Below the pieces are notes generated by a model. The model worked only from the letters and a program-made list of their open reading frames with translations, was not told the origin of the DNA and ran no database searches. Positions 60,832-64,000 of a stretch of 64,000 nt of DNA are shown here, one piece after another (position 1 is the stretch's first letter; each line of letters opens with the position of its first letter). Both the position numbers and the translations under genes were made by a program. The stretch is from Spirochaetes bacterium GWB1_60_80. Its GTDB lineage: Bacteria; Spirochaetota; Spirochaetia; Treponematales; UBA12059. The stretch covers positions 80,133 through 144,132 of the forward strand of contig MIAR01000032.1 in the NCBI GenBank assembly GCA_001829185.1, written 5' to 3'.

Positions 60832-62073
60832 TCAAGGCGCGATGATACCCAAGCGGTCCAGCCGCTGTAGTACCGGCGGGTGCGAATAATTGAAGAAGAC
60901 AAAGGCCGGGTGCGGGTAAAGGTAGGACAAGTTGTCGACGCTTAGGCGTTTTAGGGCCGAGCCCATGGCTTCGGGGCTGGTCGTCCGGGCGGCGAAGGCA
61001 TCGGCCTGGAACTCGTGGCGGCGGCTGGTAATCACCGATAGCAGACCGGTCAGCGTCGAGATGGGGCTGAAGAGCAGGCCAAAGGCCAGCACATTGAGGT
61101 GCAAGGCGTAGTGTTCGGCGCCTAGGGCGGCTGACAGCAGCCGGTTACCGACGAATAAGGAAAACAGCCACAGGGTCAGCGTCACCTGGATACCTGTACC
61201 GATGAAGGCGCGCAGGATATGCCCGTGCCGGTAATGGCCGATTTCGTGGGCCAGGACAGCCACCAGTTCCGGGATGCTGTGTTTCTCGATCAGCGTGTCA
61301 TACAGCACGATCTTCTTCTTGGGACCAAGCCCGGAGAAATAGGCGTTGGACTTGCTGGAGCGTTTCGAGGCATCAATCACGAATATTCCGGCCAGGCTGA
61401 AATTTTGACCACTGGCGTATGCTTCAATCGCCGACTTCAGTTCGCCCGCCGGCAACGGTCGCAGCTTGTTGAACAGCGGCACAATCAGGCTGGTGTAGAA
61501 CATATTGACCAGCAGCATGACCAGCAAGGCTAGGCCGGCACAGACCAGCCAGAAGCCACTGCCCAGCCAGCCAACCAGCGCTATTAGACCGCTGACGGCG
61601 CCGCCTCCCAGTATGGCGGTCAATAGCCAGCCCTTGAGCTTGTCGCCGATGAAGGTGGTCAGCGTGGTGCGGTTGAAGCCGTAACGAGCCTCGAGCCGGA
61701 AGGTGCCGTAGAGTTGGAAGGGTAACGATAGCAGATCCGTGGCAAGGTACAGGCTGCCGAAGAAGGCCAAGGCCTGTAGGATGGGGCTGTCCAAACGGGC
61801 GCTCAGGAAATCCGCCCAGCGGCCAAAAGCGCCCGTGGCAAATAGGCTGACGTTCAAGGCTGTCGCGAATAGCGCCATCGCCAGCCCGAACCGCGTCTTG
61901 TCAGCCTGGTAGGTCAGGGACTTGGCATATCGTTCGGCGTCGTAGAGGCCGGCCAGGCGCGGGTCGATGTCCTGGCGCGGCTTGGCGATATTAAGGGCGG
62001 CCAGGACTTGCCCGAAGATAGCGCTTAAGGCGGTCAAGGCAATGATGATTAGCAGGAGGGTCTGGGCAGTCAT
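60832..62073 (-). CDS. M48-family (Ste24/HtpX-like) zinc metalloprotease, polytopic
   Basis: HEIGHYRHGH zinc motif and multiple TM helices. Start at ATG 62073 with GAGG 8 nt upstream. Confidence 0.8.
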   Translation of the reverse strand: MTAQTLLLIIIALTALSAIFGQVLAALNIAKPRQDIDPRLAGLYDAERYAKSLTYQADKTRFGLAMALFATALNVSLFATGAFGRWADFLSARLDSPILQALAFFGSLYLATDLLSLPFQLYGTFRLEARYGFNRTTLTTFIGDKLKGWLLTAILGGGAVSGLIALVGWLGSGFWLVCAGLALLVMLLVNMFYTSLIVPLFNKLRPLPAGELKSAIEAYASGQNFSLAGIFVIDASKRSSKSNAYFSGLGPKKKIVLYDTLIEKHSIPELVAVLAHEIGHYRHGHILRAFIGTGIQVTLTLWLFSLFVGNRLLSAALGAEHYALHLNVLAFGLLFSPISTLTGLLSVITSRRHEFQADAFAARTTSPEAMGSALKRLSVDNLSYLYPHPAFVFFNYSHPPVLQRLDRLGIIAP

Positions 62074-62172
62074 GGCTGGTACCTCAGGGAGCACGGAATA
62101 GCGGGTGGGCAGCCGCTTATGGCTACCCGCCCACGGGTTGATTCATGGCGATGTCAGACGCCGTCCGATGTT

Positions 62173-63414
62173 TCAGACGGTGAACTTGCCGCCAGTAATG
62201 ATTGGCACAATGCGGCCGTCATGGGTCTTGCCGGAAACTTCGACCTCGGGCGAACCGATCATGAAATCGGTGTGCACCGAGGAGGTGTTAGCGCCGGCGG
62301 CCTTGAGTTGGTGCTCGTTCATGAGGCTGCCGCCGCGCATGCAACCCGGGTAGGCCGAGCCGAGGGCGATATGGCAGGAGGCGTTTTCGTCGAACAGGAT
62401 GTTGAAAAAGGTTTTTTTGGACAGGAAAATGGGCGAGCTGGTATCGACCAGCGCTACTTCGCCCAGGAAACGGGCTCCTTCGTCCATGGTGAAGTAGACA
62501 TCGAGGACGTCTTTGCCTTCGCTGGCGCCGTAGGCGACGACTTTGCCGTCCCTGAACTCCAGCCAGCCGCCCGAAACCGTCTTGCCGACCGTCGGCACGA
62601 AGACCGGGCAAGTGAAGGCCACGCGGCCGTTGGCGGTGCGGTAATCGGGGCTGGTGAAGACTTCCTCGGTGGGGATGTTCGGGCTGAAGCGGACGCCGCT
62701 CTTGGTGACGCTGGGACCGCCTTGCCAGAGCGAAACCGCCATCAAGCCGATGCGCAGGTCGGTACCCGGTCCTTTGAAGTGCACCTCGTCGAGGCGTAGG
62801 GTGTTCAGTTTTTCGGCGCGGGCGGCCAAGCGGTCGCCATGATCCACCCAGAATTGGGCGGGGTCGGCCTGATCCAACCTGAGAATCGGGATGAGCACCT
62901 GCCAGAGCGCTTCGACCGCGGCCGGGCCGGCCGGTAGGTTCATGATGCGGGCGGCCAGTTTTTCGGTCGGGTAAAAGGCGACCAGCCAGGCGATTTCGTT
63001 GTTGCTGATCCGGCTGCTGTACGGCTTCATGGCCAGGGCGATGGCCCGGGCGGTGCGGGCGTTGCGCTCTTGGTCCAGTTCTACCAGGAAGTCCGGGTCT
63101 TCCGGCGACTTGATGGCGATGAGCGCCCAGTTTTCGTCGATCATGGTGCCGGTGGTGTCCAAGCGGGCCTTGGGTACGTAATCCAGGTACTCAGCGCGCG
63201 AGTGCTGCAGCCTGGCCTTGTACATGAAGGGGTTTTCGATTTCGTTGTTGTCGAAACGGACGTAGCGGGCGCCTTTTTTATAGGCCTGGCCGGCGATGAC
63301 GGCAGCGAATTCCTGATGCACCGGCTCGGCGCGAACCAGGAGATTTTGGCCAACTTGCAGGTTAACGGCCGCCAGCAGGACATCGGCGTAGTTTTCGAGG
63401 AATTTATGGTTCAT
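62173..63414 (-). CDS. M29-family aminopeptidase (AmpS/PepS-like)
   Basis: 413 aa. NYADVLL..VNLQ.GQ.LLV, FDEN..CHIALG, HTDFMIGS. SD AAAGGA. Confidence 0.8.
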   Translation of the reverse strand: MNHKFLENYADVLLAAVNLQVGQNLLVRAEPVHQEFAAVIAGQAYKKGARYVRFDNNEIENPFMYKARLQHSRAEYLDYVPKARLDTTGTMIDENWALIAIKSPEDPDFLVELDQERNARTARAIALAMKPYSSRISNNEIAWLVAFYPTEKLAARIMNLPAGPAAVEALWQVLIPILRLDQADPAQFWVDHGDRLAARAEKLNTLRLDEVHFKGPGTDLRIGLMAVSLWQGGPSVTKSGVRFSPNIPTEEVFTSPDYRTANGRVAFTCPVFVPTVGKTVSGGWLEFRDGKVVAYGASEGKDVLDVYFTMDEGARFLGEVALVDTSSPIFLSKKTFFNILFDENASCHIALGSAYPGCMRGGSLMNEHQLKAAGANTSSVHTDFMIGSPEVEVSGKTHDGRIVPIITGGKFTV

Positions 63415-63548
63415 GACAGGATCCTTTCAGGGGGCGGGTTCGCCGGAATCGGCAGCCCATGATAGGACGCCCGGCCCGAAGCGTCAAGCTGATTCGCACC
63501 AGGGGTACTAGGTGGACGGTATTCGGCTAGGGCACAAGTCAGTCGGGG

Positions 63549-64000
63549 TCAGCCGGCCGCCTTTTTCCTGACCAGCAACGTGGCGACCATGGTCAGGGCG
63601 ATGATGCCCATGCCAATGGTGGCCGCGATGATGATTGGCCGCGTTTCGGCCGGGTCGGTGGCGGCGCGTTTGAGAATGATGCCCAGATAGGCCCACAGAA
63701 AAACCAGGGCCGAGCCGGCAGCCTGGCTGCGTACCAGTAGCAGAACCGCGATTGCCGTAGCGGCCAGCAGGGCGACGATGGTCCAGACCAGCGGACTGAT
63801 CCCGAAGCCGTCCCAGCCGATGGTTACCAGCCAAGCGGTGAAATTGGCAATGGTCGCCACGCAGATCCAGCCGAGGTAGACCAGAATGGCATTTCGTAAA
63901 AGGAAGCGGCGTAGTTTCTCGGGTCCGCCCTGGGCTGGCGGCAGGGCGGACATAGCCCGGTGATTGCGCTCCATCAGCGCGATCAGGCTGGTCAGGATAC
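63549..64000 (-). CDS. Polytopic membrane protein, N-terminus outside the window (possibly TspO/MBR-related)
   Basis: The frame stays open upstream of M at 63974 to the window edge. Trp-rich TM segments (LVYLGWICVATIANFTAWLVTIGWDGFG). The family call is tentative. Confidence 0.4.
   Translation of the reverse strand, partial: ILTSLIALMERNHRAMSALPPAQGGPEKLRRFLLRNAILVYLGWICVATIANFTAWLVTIGWDGFGISPLVWTIVALLAATAIAVLLLVRSQAAGSALVFLWAYLGIILKRAATDPAETRPIIIAATIGMGIIALTMVATLLVRKKAAG

Overview
This is a 64 kb window of GC-rich (about 58-60% by eye) bacterial chromosome. It is densely coding, with about 62 protein genes or pseudogenes. I found no rRNA, tRNA or CRISPR array. Most of it is core metabolism and housekeeping: proS, uvrC, nadB-nadA-nadC, ilvE, pyk, a long glmS-like gene, galU, msrA, a cyclophilin and a ferritin. 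It also carries a TlpA/CcdA thiol-redox pair, a YqiJ/NfeD plus two-flotillin operon, and SulP and Na/Pi transporters. A Zn-uptake system is split in two: an RHH regulator with znuC-znuB at 14.8-16.8 kb, and znuA at 21.2 kb. An eight-gene translationally coupled block (35.3-43.8 kb) joins a DUF4129/MoxR/DUF58 module, an IMPase-family gene and a CbbQ/NorQ-CbbO/NorD AAA+/VWA pair. The only clearly accessory segment is 27.8-30.9 kb, partly lower in GC and made entirely of gene remnants. It holds a 5-prime-truncated YD-repeat surface-protein gene split by a 131-bp MITE, a truncated and frameshifted DUF4143 ATPase, and a decayed Phd/VapC toxin-antitoxin pair. Four sequence-level observations stand out. 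(1) The MITE has TA flanks, and removing it exactly restores a 362-codon reading frame. A related end-hairpin copy lies at 9.9 kb. (2) An identical direct-repeat operator, GTAATAC-N3-GTAATAC, sits just downstream of the -10 box at both Zn-uptake promoters, next to an unusual RHH plus Cys-rich zinc-ribbon protein. (3) At least ten genes have a -10 hexamer exactly 6 nt upstream of ATG and no Shine-Dalgarno sequence, so they are probably leaderless mRNAs. (4) A perfect 15-bp inverted repeat and a start-codon-overlapping palindrome share the half-site TATAGCG between divergent leaderless galU and a TrpR-like gene. All functional calls rest on motif recognition by eye in the supplied translations; no database search was run.
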